From an uncultured Myxococcaceae bacterium (GTDB taxonomy: Bacteria > Myxococcota_A > Polyangia > Polyangiales > Ga0077539): a stretch of 64,000 bases of DNA. Positions within the stretch are counted from its first letter, which is position 1, and every line of letters begins with the position of its first letter. The position numbers and the translations under genes are program-made. Of this stretch, positions 1 to 11,000 are shown one piece after another. The stretch covers positions 1,798-65,797 of the forward strand of contig CAMFHP010000008.1 in assembly GCA_945952225.1 (NCBI GenBank), in the 5' to 3' direction. The notes beneath the pieces were generated by a model. That model did no database searches, had not been told where the DNA came from, and was given only the letters and a program-made list of their open reading frames with translations.

Positions 1-851
1 ACGTCACCGAGCTCCCCGCGGGCTGGCTGGGCAAGCTCCACGCGATGCAGCGCGGGGCCGAGGCGAGCGACGGCGACTGGATCCTCTTCAGCGACGCCGA
101 CGTCGAGTTCGCACCGGGAACCCTGCGCCGCGCGATCGCCCACTGCGAGCACGGCGCCTACGACCACATGACCGTGGTGCCGGGGTTCCGCGCGCAATCG
201 TTCGCGCTCGATGCGACGCTCAACGTGTTCTGCCGCGAGCTCGTGGCGGGGGCGCGTCTCTGGCGTGTGTCGGACCTCACGTCGCGCGCGGCCGTGGGCG
301 GCGGCATGTTCAACCTCGTGCGACGCAGCCTGTGGACGCGCACGCCGGGCCTCGAATGGCTGCGTCTCGAGATCGCCGACGACGTGGTGCTCGGGCAGAT
401 GTTGAAGCAGCACGGCGCGCGGCCCGTGGTGGTGCAGGCCGTGAGCGCGGTCACGCTCGACTTCTACAAGACGCTCGGCGAGATGGCCTGGGGCCTTGAG
501 AAATCGGGCTTCGCGATCATCGGACGCTACCGCGTGTCGGTGATGCTGCTCTCGTGCACGCTGGGCCTCGTGGCCGAACTGGGATGGCTCGCGGGCCTCG
601 CGCTCCCCTCGCCCGCATGGCGCGCGCTCTCGCTCGCGGCGGGTGCGATGTCGCTGCTCTCGGTGGTGCTGCTGATGCACTGGGCCGGGCGCCGTGTGAT
701 CGCGGGGCTCGCGTATCCCTTCGGGCTCGTGGCGCTCGTGGCGATGGTGTTCCGCTCGGCGTGGCTCGTGTGGCGTCGCGGCGGCGTGGTGTGGCGCGAC
801 ACGCTCTACCGCGTCGAGGAGCTACGGGCCCACTCGCGGCTCACGCTCTGA
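1..851 (+). CDS. glycosyltransferase family 2 protein (5' end cut by window edge)
   Basis: The frame is open from base 3 ('VTELPAGWLGKLHAM...'). It has an 'ILFSDADVEF' DxD-type motif followed by a multi-TM hydrophobic C-terminus, with high GC3. Confidence 0.75.
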   Translation, partial: VTELPAGWLGKLHAMQRGAEASDGDWILFSDADVEFAPGTLRRAIAHCEHGAYDHMTVVPGFRAQSFALDATLNVFCRELVAGARLWRVSDLTSRAAVGGGMFNLVRRSLWTRTPGLEWLRLEIADDVVLGQMLKQHGARPVVVQAVSAVTLDFYKTLGEMAWGLEKSGFAIIGRYRVSVMLLSCTLGLVAELGWLAGLALPSPAWRALSLAAGAMSLLSVVLLMHWAGRRVIAGLAYPFGLVALVAMVFRSAWLVWRRGGVVWRDTLYRVEELRAHSRLTL

Positions 852-1445
852 CGGCACCGCGGGCGACCACGCACCGAGGCGGGTCTCCATGGGGTCCTCG
901 TCGAAGAGCCAGTGCCAGAGGGTGCGTCCGTCGCCCGCGGGCTCGCACAGAAAGGCCGCGTCGAGGCACACGACCTTCTTCGCGCGGAGCATGCCCTGCG
1001 CGCCCTTCACGAACATCGCGAGGCGCCGGTCGACCACGCCCACACAGCGTGACTCTTCGATCCACCAGCCGTCGCCGTCGCGCGCGCCGGAGAGCGTGAC
1101 CTCCTGCAGCGTCGCGTAGCGGCCCATCGCCGAGACGCCCACACGGAGCGCCGTCTCGACGGGTGCGTCGGGCGCGTCACCGAGGCCCTCACGCGCCGCA
1201 GCCCACGCGCGCGCGTCGACGGTGGGCACGAGGTAGATCCAGTCGGCGACGGTTCCGCGCACGGGCACCGCGAGCACGGGGAGCACGTCGGCGAAGGCGC
1301 GGGCGAGCGCGTGGAGCTCGTCGTCGGCGAAGGGCGCCGCGTCGAAGACCTCGTCGATGCACGCGCGGGCCACGAGGGCGCGCACGGCGTCCTTCTGGCG
1401 CTCGCGGTCGCGGGTGATGCCGCAGCTCGATCCGCACGAAGACAT
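822..1445 (-). CDS. hypothetical protein
   Basis: 207-aa ORF with balanced composition and high GC3. It starts 40 nt downstream of the TPR gene stop on the same strand. No motif recognised. Confidence 0.6.
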   Translation of the reverse strand: MSSCGSSCGITRDRERQKDAVRALVARACIDEVFDAAPFADDELHALARAFADVLPVLAVPVRGTVADWIYLVPTVDARAWAAAREGLGDAPDAPVETALRVGVSAMGRYATLQEVTLSGARDGDGWWIEESRCVGVVDRRLAMFVKGAQGMLRAKKVVCLDAAFLCEPAGDGRTLWHWLFDEDPMETRLGAWSPAVPSEREPRVGP

Positions 1446-1484
1446 CGGTGGGTCGCGGTGTGGAGGGGTCGAACGGTCGCGCGC

Positions 1485-2459
1485 TCAGGCGTCGGCGGCG
1501 ACGATGCCGAAGAAGACCTCGGCCTCGGCCTGGAGCGCGTCGGAGAGCTCTTCGCGCTGCTCGTCGGCGTCGTCGGTCTCACGCTCCAGGGCCTTGCGGT
1601 ACACGCGCACGGCGTCGAGGGTCTTGCCCTCGCCCACGAGGCGCAGCACGGCGCGCGGATCGACGCCGGACCTCACCTCGTCGTCGCTCGCGTGCGAGGC
1701 GGCCTCGACCTTCGCGACGCTGAAGAACGCGCGGATCGCCTCGGGCTGCGCGGCGATCACCTCGCGGGTCATGGCCACGAGCTCGTCGTCGGTGAGCACG
1801 TCGTGGCCCGCGTCGTCGTCCTCTTCGCGGTCGAGGCGCAGGGCTTCGAGCCAGGCGCGGTCGCGCGTCGCGGTGTCGGCCACCTGGTCGGCCGCGAGCC
1901 CGAGCCCGTGCCACGCGTCGGAGAGCGACGGATCGGCCTCGATGAGCGCTTCGAAGTACCCGCGCGCCGTGCCGATGTCGCCGACGGCGAGCATGAGGTG
2001 GGCGAGTTCGAGCGCGAGGGGCGGCGCGAAGTCGATCTCCTCGGGGGGCGGCGCGTCTTCGAGCGTGGCGCGCGCGGCCTTGATGTCGCCCGCGTTCACT
2101 TCGAGGCCGGCCTTGAGGGCGAGCGCGTCGAGAAAGACCTCGTCGTCGTCGGCCACTTCGAGGGCCTTCGTCACGAGCTTGAGGGCCTCGTCGGTGTCGC
2201 CCACCTCGGTCGCGAGAATCTCCGCGTGCCACATGAGCGGCGTGGCCCACTCGGCGTCGAGCTTCGCGGCCTCGACGAGGAGCTCGATGGCCTTCGCGGC
2301 GTTGCCCTCTTCACGCTGGATCGCCGCGTGGAGCAGCAGCCCGTCGCCGCGCGTCGCCGACGCGTCGCGGAGCCTGTCGGCCACCTTGCGCGCGCCCGCG
2401 AGGTCGCCGTCTTCGAGCAGGGCCCAACCGGATTCGAGGAGGTCTTCGTGCTTCTTCAT
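1485..2459 (-). CDS. TPR repeat protein
   Basis: Start chosen at 'MKKHEDLLESGW' (ATG 2457-2459). Repeated A/L/G-rich helical pairs typical of TPR, plus an acidic C-terminal half. Confidence 0.75.
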   Translation of the reverse strand: MKKHEDLLESGWALLEDGDLAGARKVADRLRDASATRGDGLLLHAAIQREEGNAAKAIELLVEAAKLDAEWATPLMWHAEILATEVGDTDEALKLVTKALEVADDDEVFLDALALKAGLEVNAGDIKAARATLEDAPPPEEIDFAPPLALELAHLMLAVGDIGTARGYFEALIEADPSLSDAWHGLGLAADQVADTATRDRAWLEALRLDREEDDDAGHDVLTDDELVAMTREVIAAQPEAIRAFFSVAKVEAASHASDDEVRSGVDPRAVLRLVGEGKTLDAVRVYRKALERETDDADEQREELSDALQAEAEVFFGIVAADA

Positions 2460-2567
2460 CGGAGTGGTGGCGCCCACTACCACAGGCCCGCGCGACGTGG
2501 TGCGACGATCCCGAGAGATTCTTCGCGGGATGCGTTCTGGCAACCCGCGGCCGTCGCGCGCGAGGTC

Positions 2568-4478
2568 TCAGGCGTTGGACCAGAAGTGCTTCGCGCCCCG
2601 CGCCACGCGCTCGCGCGTGAGGTCGAAGTCGTAGCGGCGCGACGCGCGCGGATCGCCCGAATAGGCTTCGAGGCAGCGGTCGATGACCGCGAGCGCCGTG
2701 TCGCGCAGGTGGGGATGGTGGTGCACCACGAAGGTGATCGCCTCGCCGAGCGCGCGCACCTCGTCGTAGGCGCCCTCGTGCGTGGCGTTCCATTCGAGCT
2801 GCGCGAGGAGCAGCGGGAGCGCGTCGGCGCCGAGGTGGTGGGCGAGCATCTTCGAAGCCATGCGGGTGGTCGGGTGCGGGTACATCCGTCCGCCGCGCTC
2901 CCGGCCCGCGAGCGCGCGCGCCACGAGGTCGAGCGTGAGGGCCTCGGTGGACCATGCGTCGGGGATTCCCCCCTCCGGCCACCCCTGCGCAGCGAGGGTC
3001 TCGAAATGCGCGCGCAGAAAGAGCCGCTCTCCTTCGCCCTCGAAGGGAATCGCGTTCGTGTACGGCCCGCTCGGAATGCCCATGCCGCGGTCGTACGAAT
3101 CGCCGAGGGGATGGGACACATCGCACGGCAACACGTCGTTCGCGCGCATCCACGCGAGCACCGCGCGCACCGTCGCGAGCGTGGCGGCCCCTGCGTCCTG
3201 CGCCCACCCGCCGTCGGTGCCCGCCGAGCCCCAGTGCCACCCGTGCGTGCGCAGCTCGTAGCGGTCGAGCAGGTCTTGCGTGAGCCCTTCGGAGACGCGC
3301 CCCGCGAGCCCCGACGGCGTGGCCGAGCGCAGCATCGAGAGGGCGACGCGCAGGTCCTTCGGGTGCCGCTCGAAGGCCCCGAGCTGAAGGCCGATGTGCA
3401 GGCCGCGCAACGACTCGTCGACCACCGCGAGGCGTTCGAGCGCGAGCCGACGAAACGCGATGGGCGATGCATCGAGTCCCCGCGCGTGGCCGACGCCCTT
3501 CACGAGATCGACGGCGCACTCGCGGTGCCACGGCACGAACCATCGCTGCGCGCCGCGCACGCCGAGAAGGCCCGGACGGCGCGTAGGCAGACGCGGCGTG
3601 TGTCCCTTGTAGACCGCGGCTTCGGGCTCGGGCCCCGGGTGCGCGCCCCACGCCGAGACCTCGTAGCGCGTGACCGCGCCCGTCGCGAGGTCGTGCGCTT
3701 CGACGGTGTCGTTCGTGGGCTGCGCGAGGATCGTCGCGCCGTCGACCGCGGGCACGCAGAGGCTCACCACCTCGTGCACGGCGACCTCGCCCGCGCGGGT
3801 GATCGAGACGCAGCGCACGGTGTCGTTCGAACGGTCGCGCACGAGCACCCACGCGGTGTCTCCCGCGAGGGCGAGGCCGACGTCGGCGCCGGGGTGCACG
3901 GCGAGCGGGAGCTTCCACCACACGGCGTCGTGGGCCGCGTCGACGCCGAGGGAGCCCGCGTAGACGTGGTCGTGGATGCGCGCGAGAAAGTGTCCGTCGC
4001 ACGTGGTCGTGAGGTCGAACGACTCGGGCAGCCATCCCGCGCGGTCGTCGGCCTGCGGACCCACGGTGCGCGCATCGAGGGCGCGCGCCGCCGAGAGGTC
4101 GACCTGACGCTCGTGGCGCGCCGAGTCTCCATCGATCGTCGACACATCGAGCCCGTGCGCGGCGACGGTCACGAGGTGCTCCGCGTCGCCGAGGGTGACC
4201 AGTTGCTGCGGGTGCGCGCCGCGCGAGAGCTTCGCGCGAAGTCCGAGCGCGGGCAGGCCGAGGAGCGACGTGCCCGGGTTGCCGTAGGCGCCCGTGTGCG
4301 TGCGTCCCCACACGAGCAGCGCGCCCTGCCGCGCGTCGATCGAGACGACGCCTGTGGGCGCCGAGACCTTCGCCTGGTGCTTCACCTTCACGGCCTTGCC
4401 GAGCGCGAAGCGGGTGATGCCGAACACGTCGGCGACGAAGAGCGAGGAACCGTCGGGCGCGAAGAGCAGATGGGCCAT
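2568..4478 (-). CDS. hypothetical protein (636 aa)
   Basis: Start chosen at 'MAHLLFAPDGSSLFVADVFG' (ATG 4476-4478); the 119 codons upstream in the ORF track are Arg/Ala junk. The N-terminal half is beta-rich and the C-terminal half helical. No motif recognised. Confidence 0.65.
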   Translation of the reverse strand: MAHLLFAPDGSSLFVADVFGITRFALGKAVKVKHQAKVSAPTGVVSIDARQGALLVWGRTHTGAYGNPGTSLLGLPALGLRAKLSRGAHPQQLVTLGDAEHLVTVAAHGLDVSTIDGDSARHERQVDLSAARALDARTVGPQADDRAGWLPESFDLTTTCDGHFLARIHDHVYAGSLGVDAAHDAVWWKLPLAVHPGADVGLALAGDTAWVLVRDRSNDTVRCVSITRAGEVAVHEVVSLCVPAVDGATILAQPTNDTVEAHDLATGAVTRYEVSAWGAHPGPEPEAAVYKGHTPRLPTRRPGLLGVRGAQRWFVPWHRECAVDLVKGVGHARGLDASPIAFRRLALERLAVVDESLRGLHIGLQLGAFERHPKDLRVALSMLRSATPSGLAGRVSEGLTQDLLDRYELRTHGWHWGSAGTDGGWAQDAGAATLATVRAVLAWMRANDVLPCDVSHPLGDSYDRGMGIPSGPYTNAIPFEGEGERLFLRAHFETLAAQGWPEGGIPDAWSTEALTLDLVARALAGRERGGRMYPHPTTRMASKMLAHHLGADALPLLLAQLEWNATHEGAYDEVRALGEAITFVVHHHPHLRDTALAVIDRCLEAYSGDPRASRRYDFDLTRERVARGAKHFWSNA

Positions 4479-4673
4479 GGCGGCGCGGACTCTATCGGTT
4501 CGCGCGGCGTCGGTCAGCGCGTTGTGCGACGCGCGTCGGGCCCCGTCGCCGATGCGAGGCGGACGCACCGCAGACGTTTGCACGGTGTTGCGTGAACGCC
4601 GCCGCAGCGCGACGCATCGGGAGCGGTCACGGGGCGCCCACGAGGGCACCGCCGCGCCGAGGGAACCCACACC

Positions 4674-5105
4674 ATGCAAGCGCTCCAGGGCGCGCGCCGC
4701 GTTGCGGTCGCGTGCGGCGTCGTCGTCTGCCTGCTCACCGGCTGCTACAGCGGCACCGCCGCGTACGTGCCACGTCACGCGCGCCTCGGCGTCGACGGCG
4801 CCCGCGCGATGCGCGCCATCGAAGACACGGTGCACGCCGCGGGTCTCACCGTGGTCTCACGCGACGCGCGACGCGGCTCCCTCGTCGCCCTGAGCACCAC
4901 CACGGCGCTCGGCGACATGGCGACGCGCGAGCGCTGGGTCTTCGGCCTCCGCGGCGACGACGTGCACGTCGAGATGCACCCCGAGACGCGCGATGCCAAC
5001 GCGTGGGTGCCCCTGCGCCTCGTGTGCGACTGCTACCAGTACGCCCGCGAGCGCGAGATGCTCCGGGCGATCCGCGCGCGACTCATCGACGCGCGACGGG
5101 GATGA
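4674..5105 (+). CDS. lipoprotein, unknown function
   Basis: Signal peptide with lipobox 'LLTGC' and a GAGGGA RBS about 10 nt upstream. It is the first gene of the co-directional flotillin cluster. Confidence 0.7.
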   Translation: MQALQGARRVAVACGVVVCLLTGCYSGTAAYVPRHARLGVDGARAMRAIEDTVHAAGLTVVSRDARRGSLVALSTTTALGDMATRERWVFGLRGDDVHVEMHPETRDANAWVPLRLVCDCYQYAREREMLRAIRARLIDARRG

Positions 5106-5145
5106 CCCGCAGCCACGGCGTGCGTGCTAGGGTCCGCGCCCTCCG

Positions 5146-5943
5146 ATGGGCGGCGCCATTCACATCTTCGTGACCCTGCCGACGCTGATCTACACGGTGC
5201 TGCTCGGGGCCACGCTGCTCTACTGGCTCTCGGTGGTGCTCGGTGCGCTCGACCTCGACGCGCTCGGCGGCGACGGCGCAGACCACGGCGGCGACGCGCA
5301 CCACCACGACGCGGGCGATGCGTCGGGTGACGGCGATGGCGACGCCGACGGCGACGGCGATCATCCCGGTCACGGCGACCTGCTCTCGGCCCTCGGCGGC
5401 ATGTCGATCCGCAAGGTGCCGCTCACGATCTCGCTGAGCTTCACGGTGATCTTCGGCTGGCTGCTCAGCGCGCTCACGGTGCTCTTCGTCGGCGACGTCG
5501 CGCGGCGTGCGGGCGTGCCCTCCGCGGCCTTCAACGCGGTGACCTTCACGCTCACGCTGCTGGTCGCGCTGCGCCTCGCGGGTCTCGCGGTGAGGCCCAT
5601 CGCGAAGGTCTTCGAAGCGCGCGGCGCCACGAAGAAGGAGCAGCTCACGGGACGCCTCGCCGAGGTCTCGACCGCGCGGCTCGATGCGCGCTTCGGTCAG
5701 GTGCTCGTCGCCGATGGCGGCGCGGGGCTGCTCATCGACGCGCGCTGGGAGGGCGACCGCACGCTCCGTCGCGGCGAGCGTGTGGTGATCACGCACTGGG
5801 ACGCCGAGCGCGCCGTCGCCCACGTCGAACCCCTCGATGCGAGCCCGCGTGTGCGCGCGGTCGACGAGGGCGAGCGCGCGGAGGCAGAGCTTTCGCATTC
5901 GGCTGAAAAACAGACCAATCGACGCGGATCCGATTCGGGGTAA
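5146..5943 (+). CDS. YqiJ/NfeD-like OB-fold membrane protein
   Basis: N-terminal TM, then a His/Asp/Gly-rich loop ('GDAHHHDAGDASGDGDGDADGDGDHPGHGD'), more TM helices and a C-terminal OB-like segment ('GRLAEVSTARLDARFGQVLVADGGAGLLIDAR...GERVVITHWD'). This architecture, and the position directly upstream of a flotillin gene, match E. coli yqiJ. Confidence 0.75.
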   Translation: MGGAIHIFVTLPTLIYTVLLGATLLYWLSVVLGALDLDALGGDGADHGGDAHHHDAGDASGDGDGDADGDGDHPGHGDLLSALGGMSIRKVPLTISLSFTVIFGWLLSALTVLFVGDVARRAGVPSAAFNAVTFTLTLLVALRLAGLAVRPIAKVFEARGATKKEQLTGRLAEVSTARLDARFGQVLVADGGAGLLIDARWEGDRTLRRGERVVITHWDAERAVAHVEPLDASPRVRAVDEGERAEAELSHSAEKQTNRRGSDSG

Positions 5944-6036
5944 CCCGCCGATTCTCGTCCGTACGTGCCCGCCGCGTCTGGTACGGTCCGCGCCGCCGTC
6001 GCGCCGGGGTGCCGACGTAGCCAAAGGGAGCGTTGG

Positions 6037-7986
6037 ATGGACAGCCTCATTCCTGTTGTGATCGCGGCGAGCGCGCTCGGCGTGCTCGTGCTCGGCATCA
6101 TGGCCCTGCTCGCACGGTTCTACCGACAGGTCGATCAGGGCAAGGCGCTGATCGTCAACACGCTGAAGGCCGAGCCCCTCGTGACCTTCACGGGCACCGT
6201 GGTCTACCCCATCGTGCATCGCGCCGAGGTGATGGACATCTCGGTGAAGACCATCATGATCGACCGCCGCGGCAAGGAGGGGTTGATCTGCAAGGACAAC
6301 ATCCGCGGCGACATCAAGGTCACGTTCTTCGTGCGGGTGAACAAGACCCAGGAGGACGTGCTCAAGGTCGCGCAGTCGATCGGGTGTGCGCGCGCGAGTG
6401 ATCCCGCGACGATCGAGGGGCTCTTCGAAGCGAAGTTCGCCGAGGCGCTCAAGACCGTGGGCAAGCGGCTCAACTTCGAAGACCTCTACAAGGAACGCGA
6501 CCACTTCAAGGACGCGATCATCGAGGTCATCGGCAAGGACCTGAACGGCTTCGTGATGGACGACTGCGCCATCGACTATCTGGAGCAGACGCCCGTCGAG
6601 TCGCTCGACAAGGACAACATCATGGACGCGGAGGGCATTCGGAAGATCACCGAGCTCACCGTGATCCAGAACGTGAAGACCAACGACCTGCGCCAGAAGG
6701 AGCGCATGGAGGTCGGGGCCCAGAACCTCTCGGCCGACGAGGCGCTCTTTCGCTTCGAGCAGAAGCGCTCCGAGGCCGAGGCGCGGAAGAACAAAGAGGT
6801 CGCCGTCGCGCAGGCCCGAGAGCAGAACGAGGCCGTGCGCGTCGCCAACGAGGAGCACAAGCGCACCGCCCTCGCGCAGGAGAAGAACGCCGAGGAGACC
6901 CTCGTGGCCCAGCAGGCCCGCGAGCGCGCCGTGCTCGTCGCCCAGAAGAACAAGGAGCGCGAGATCGCCGTGGAGCAGGAGCGCGTCGAGCGCGCCCGTC
7001 AGCTCGAAGCGGCCAACCGCGAGAACGACGTGACCGCGCTCAAGATCACCCGCGAGGCCGAGATCGAGCGTCAGCGCCGCGAGATCGCCGACGTGGTGCG
7101 CGCGCGCATCGTGGTCGAGAAGTCCGTGGCCGAAGAGGAGGAGCGCATCAAGGACGTGCGCGTCCTCGCCGATGCGAACCGTCAGAAGGACGCGAAGCGC
7201 ATCGCCGCCGAGGCCGACGCCGCGCAGAACCTCGTGAAGCAGGTGAAGGCCGCCGAGGCCGCGGAAGAGGTCGCGAAGTTTCAGGCGCGTCAGCAGCTCG
7301 TGGCCGCCGAGGCCGCGCTCGAAGCCGCGGAGAAGCAGAGCCGCGCGAAGGTGCGTCTCGCCGAGGGCGTGCAGGCCGAAGCCGCCGCCGCGGGCCTCGC
7401 CGACGTGCGGGTGCGCGAGGCCGCCGCCGCCGCGGTCGAGAAGCAGGGCCTCGTCGATGCGCGGGTGATGCTCGAGAAGATGCAGGCCGAGGCGCAGGGC
7501 GCCGAGCAGCAGGGCGTGGCGCGTGCGAAGGTGCGCGAGGCCGAGGCGCGCGCGCTGGAGCTGCAGGGCGCCGCCGAGGCGTCGGCGATTCGCGCGAAGA
7601 TGAGCGCCGAGGCCGCGGGCATCGCCGAGAAGGCCGAGTCGATGAAGGCCCTCGACGCCGTGAGCCGCGAGCACGAGGAGTTCCGCCTGCGACTGGAGCA
7701 GAGCAAGGTCATCGCGCTGGAGTCGATCCGCGCGAAGAAGGACGTGGCCGGCGTGCAGGCCGAGGTGCTCCGCGCGGCCTTCGAGCACGCGAAGATCAAC
7801 ATCGTGGGCGGCGACGGGCAGTTCTTCGAGCGCTTCATGCGCGCGGTGACGCTCGGTCAGTCCATCGACGGCGCCATCGACCAGAGCGACACATTGCGCT
7901 CGCTGCTCACGCAGATCGCCGAGACCGAGGCCGCGCCCGCCGAGACGGCCGAGACCGCGGAAACCTCCCCCCGCCGCGCGCGCTGA
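6037..7986 (+). CDS. flotillin / SPFH (band 7) family protein
   Basis: AAAGGGAG RBS before ATG 6037. N-terminal TM, an SPFH core ('QGKALIVNT...VVYPIVHRAEVMDISVKTIMIDRRGKEGLICKDNIRGDIKVTFFVRV') and a ~350-aa Ala/Glu/Arg/Lys coiled-coil flotillin tail. Confidence 0.9.
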   Translation: MDSLIPVVIAASALGVLVLGIMALLARFYRQVDQGKALIVNTLKAEPLVTFTGTVVYPIVHRAEVMDISVKTIMIDRRGKEGLICKDNIRGDIKVTFFVRVNKTQEDVLKVAQSIGCARASDPATIEGLFEAKFAEALKTVGKRLNFEDLYKERDHFKDAIIEVIGKDLNGFVMDDCAIDYLEQTPVESLDKDNIMDAEGIRKITELTVIQNVKTNDLRQKERMEVGAQNLSADEALFRFEQKRSEAEARKNKEVAVAQAREQNEAVRVANEEHKRTALAQEKNAEETLVAQQARERAVLVAQKNKEREIAVEQERVERARQLEAANRENDVTALKITREAEIERQRREIADVVRARIVVEKSVAEEEERIKDVRVLADANRQKDAKRIAAEADAAQNLVKQVKAAEAAEEVAKFQARQQLVAAEAALEAAEKQSRAKVRLAEGVQAEAAAAGLADVRVREAAAAAVEKQGLVDARVMLEKMQAEAQGAEQQGVARAKVREAEARALELQGAAEASAIRAKMSAEAAGIAEKAESMKALDAVSREHEEFRLRLEQSKVIALESIRAKKDVAGVQAEVLRAAFEHAKINIVGGDGQFFERFMRAVTLGQSIDGAIDQSDTLRSLLTQIAETEAAPAETAETAETSPRRAR

Positions 7987-8038
7987 ATCCCCGTCCTCTC
8001 CACGTCCATTCCCCCGCACCTGACCGGGAGCGAGAGCC

Positions 8039-11000
8039 ATGTCCGACGCCGCTGAGAACACGGCGGCCTCCGAGCTCGGAGGCAGCTACGAGGTGATCCG
8101 CCGAAGGCTCATCGAGCAGGCGACCGAGCTCGGTCGGCGCGCCGAGCAGCTCAACGCGCGCCGCATCGAGGTGTTCGGCGGCAGCGACCTGAGCCTCACG
8201 GCCACGGAGCGCGTGCGCACGGAGAACAACTGCCTCCCGCGCGACATCGTCGCCGTGGGGCCGCGGCTCCTCGTGGCCTACGACGTGTTCGTGGGCATGA
8301 AGAGCGAGGTCACCGTGGCCGACGTGTTCGGCCTCCACCGCGTCGTGCGCAACGAGCAGGGCGCACCCACGCTCGAACCGCTGCCCCTCGACGACGGCGG
8401 GTTTCTCAGCGACGAGCGCTTCGTCCGCGAGTTCGGCGACCTGTTCAAGTACGTGCGCGAGGCGCGGATCCTCCAGCTCCGTCGCACCGATCACCGCCTG
8501 CTCGCGGTGTTCTCCACGGGCCCCGGCGCGCGCGATCGGAGGGTGTTCCGCTGGAGCATCGACGCCGCGGGACGCATCACGTACCTCGACGCGCGCGGCG
8601 AAGAGGACCACGTGCGCCCCCGCGCCCACGACTTCACGTGGAAGACCGCCACGCGCGAGAACCACGTGCAGGGCCGCCATCCCCACGTGTCGATCTTCGA
8701 CGAGGTCTTCGTCGAGACCATCGGCGGCGACCTCACCATCAAGGTCGAGAACAACACGGCATCGGGCCAGGGCATCTACGCCGAGCCCGTCGACGACGCG
8801 AACCAGTCGCTCGACGACGCGACGATCGGCTACGCGCGGCTCGGCGCGCTGATCCTGCTGCGCGTGAAGCCCTACCGCGAGAGCGTCACGCGGCATTTTC
8901 TCTACAACCCGCGGCGTCGTCAGGTGCTGCGCATCGACGCGTTGGAGCAGGCCTGCCTCGCGCTGCCCGAAGACCACGGCGCGATCTTCTCGACGGGCTA
9001 CTACCTCGTCACCGGCGAGCACAAGCTCTTCGACGCCGAGGGCGGGCCCATGACCTTCGAGCGCGTGCTCCGCGCGCCCAACGGCGAGGACGTGCTCTAC
9101 GTCTTCTTTCGCGAGAGCGACGGTCGCTACCTGCTCTTTCCGTACAACCTCATTCGCAAAGAGGTCGCGACGCCGATCACCTGCCACGGGTACTCGCTCT
9201 TCGACGACGGTGCGCTCATCGTCTTTCGTGCGGCGCCCGGTGAAGAGCCTCGCAGGGTGCATCCGATGCAGGTGTGGCGGACGCCCTTCGTCTCCGCGGA
9301 GGTGGCCGCGAGCGCGCCGGTGGCAGGGTCGTTCCTGGGGCGCGTGGGCAACCCCGACCTGGTGCGCGGCATCTCCGAGGCGCTCTCGCTGCGACGACTC
9401 GCGCTCGGCGAGAACCCCGATCGGCAGACCTGGGAAGACCTCATCGCCGCGTCGGGACGCATGGTCGATGCGTTCCACTGGCTCGGCCACGCGGAGTGCT
9501 TCGACCTGCTGGGTGCGCTCAAGCAGGTGCGCGCCGTCGCCGAGCAGATCGTCGACGAGTACGAGAAGGTCGTCGCGATCCGCGCGCGCGCCGCCGAGGC
9601 CCTCGCGAAGGCCGAGGGCGATCAGAAGGAGCTGCTCCGCGCGCCCGCCGATGCGTCGGAGAGTGCCGACGCGTTCATGCAGGCGCTCACGGCGCTGCGT
9701 CGTCAGCGGGGTGCCCTCGGAACGCTCCGCGAGATGCGCGCGATGAACCTCACGCGCGTCGAGGCGTTGGAGTCCGAGGTCGACGCGCGCTTCACCGAGA
9801 CGAGCCTCGCGGCGGCGACGTTCCTGTGCCGCGACGACGCGCTGCGCCCGCTCGTCGAGAAGGTCGACGCCGCGGTCGCGCAGGCCGAGAAGGTCGCGCG
9901 CTCCATCGAGCTCGCCCCCGCACAGGCCGAGGTCGACCGCGTGTACGAGGGCACCACCGTGCTCTCCGAGACCGTCGCGGGACTCCAGGTCGACGACCCC
10001 ACGGTGCGCACGCGCATCCTCGACGCGATCGGCGAGGTCTTCGGCCGCGTGAACCGCGCCCGCGCCGTGCTCCAGGGCCGCGCGAAGGAGCTCCGCGGCC
10101 ACGAGCTCCGCGCCGAGTTCGCGTCGCAGTCGAAGCTCCTCGCGCAGGCCATCCAGAGCGCGCTCGCGGTGGCCGACACGCCCGAGCGCTGCGACGCATC
10201 CCTCTCGCGCCTCGTGGTGCAGCTCGAAGCCCTCGAAGGCCGCTTCGGCGAGCTCGACGAGTTCGCCCCCGAGCTCGCATCGCGGCGCGAGGAGCTCCAC
10301 GACGCCTTCGGCGCGCGGCGCCAGACCCTCGTCGACGAGCGGCAGAAGCGCGCGGCGAACCTCATGGCCGCGGCGGAGCGCATCCTCCAGGGTGTCGAAC
10401 GCCGCGTGCGCGCGATCCCCTCGCCCGAGGAGCTTCACGCGTACTTCGCGGGCGATCCGATGGTGGCGCGGGCCCGCGAGCTCGTGGCGCAGCTCCGCGC
10501 GCTCGGCGACGCGGTGAAGGCCGACGAGATCGAGGGACGCATCAAGTCCGCGCGTCAGGAGGGCACGCGCGCGCTCCGCGACCGCAGCGATCTGTTCGAC
10601 GGCGCCGACAACGTCATCCGCTTCGGCCAGCACCGCTTCTTCGTCAACACGCAGCCCCTCGAACTCGCGATCGTTCCCCGTGACGGCGCCCTCGCGCTGC
10701 ACCTCACGGGCACGGATTTCTACGAGCCCCTCGAAGACCCGCGCCTCGACGAGGCCCGCGATCTCTGGGCGCAGACGCTCCCCGGCGAGTGCGAGACCGT
10801 GTACCGCGCGGAGTTCCTCGCGGCGTGTGTGCTCCGCGACGCCGAGCGCAACGAGCGCGGCCTCTCGATCGAGACGCTCCGTCAGGAGTCGCTCAAGTCC
10901 GACGGGCTCCTCGCGCTCGTGCGAACGTGGTCCGCGGAGCGCCACGACGAGGGCTACGAGCGCGGCGTGCACGACGTCGATGCTGCGGCCATTCTCGGCG

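Noticed and set aside
1311-4595. A 1,094-aa plus-strand ORF. Similar long ORFs lie at 5083-8061(-), 15702-17420(-), 28814-30256(+), 31600-34125(-), 35436-37928(+), 39623-42052(+) and 50398-opposite frames.
   Set aside because: All are antisense or out of frame relative to genes with clear family motifs. Their translations are dominated by R/A/G/E/H/D runs. They are treated as GC-driven artefacts.
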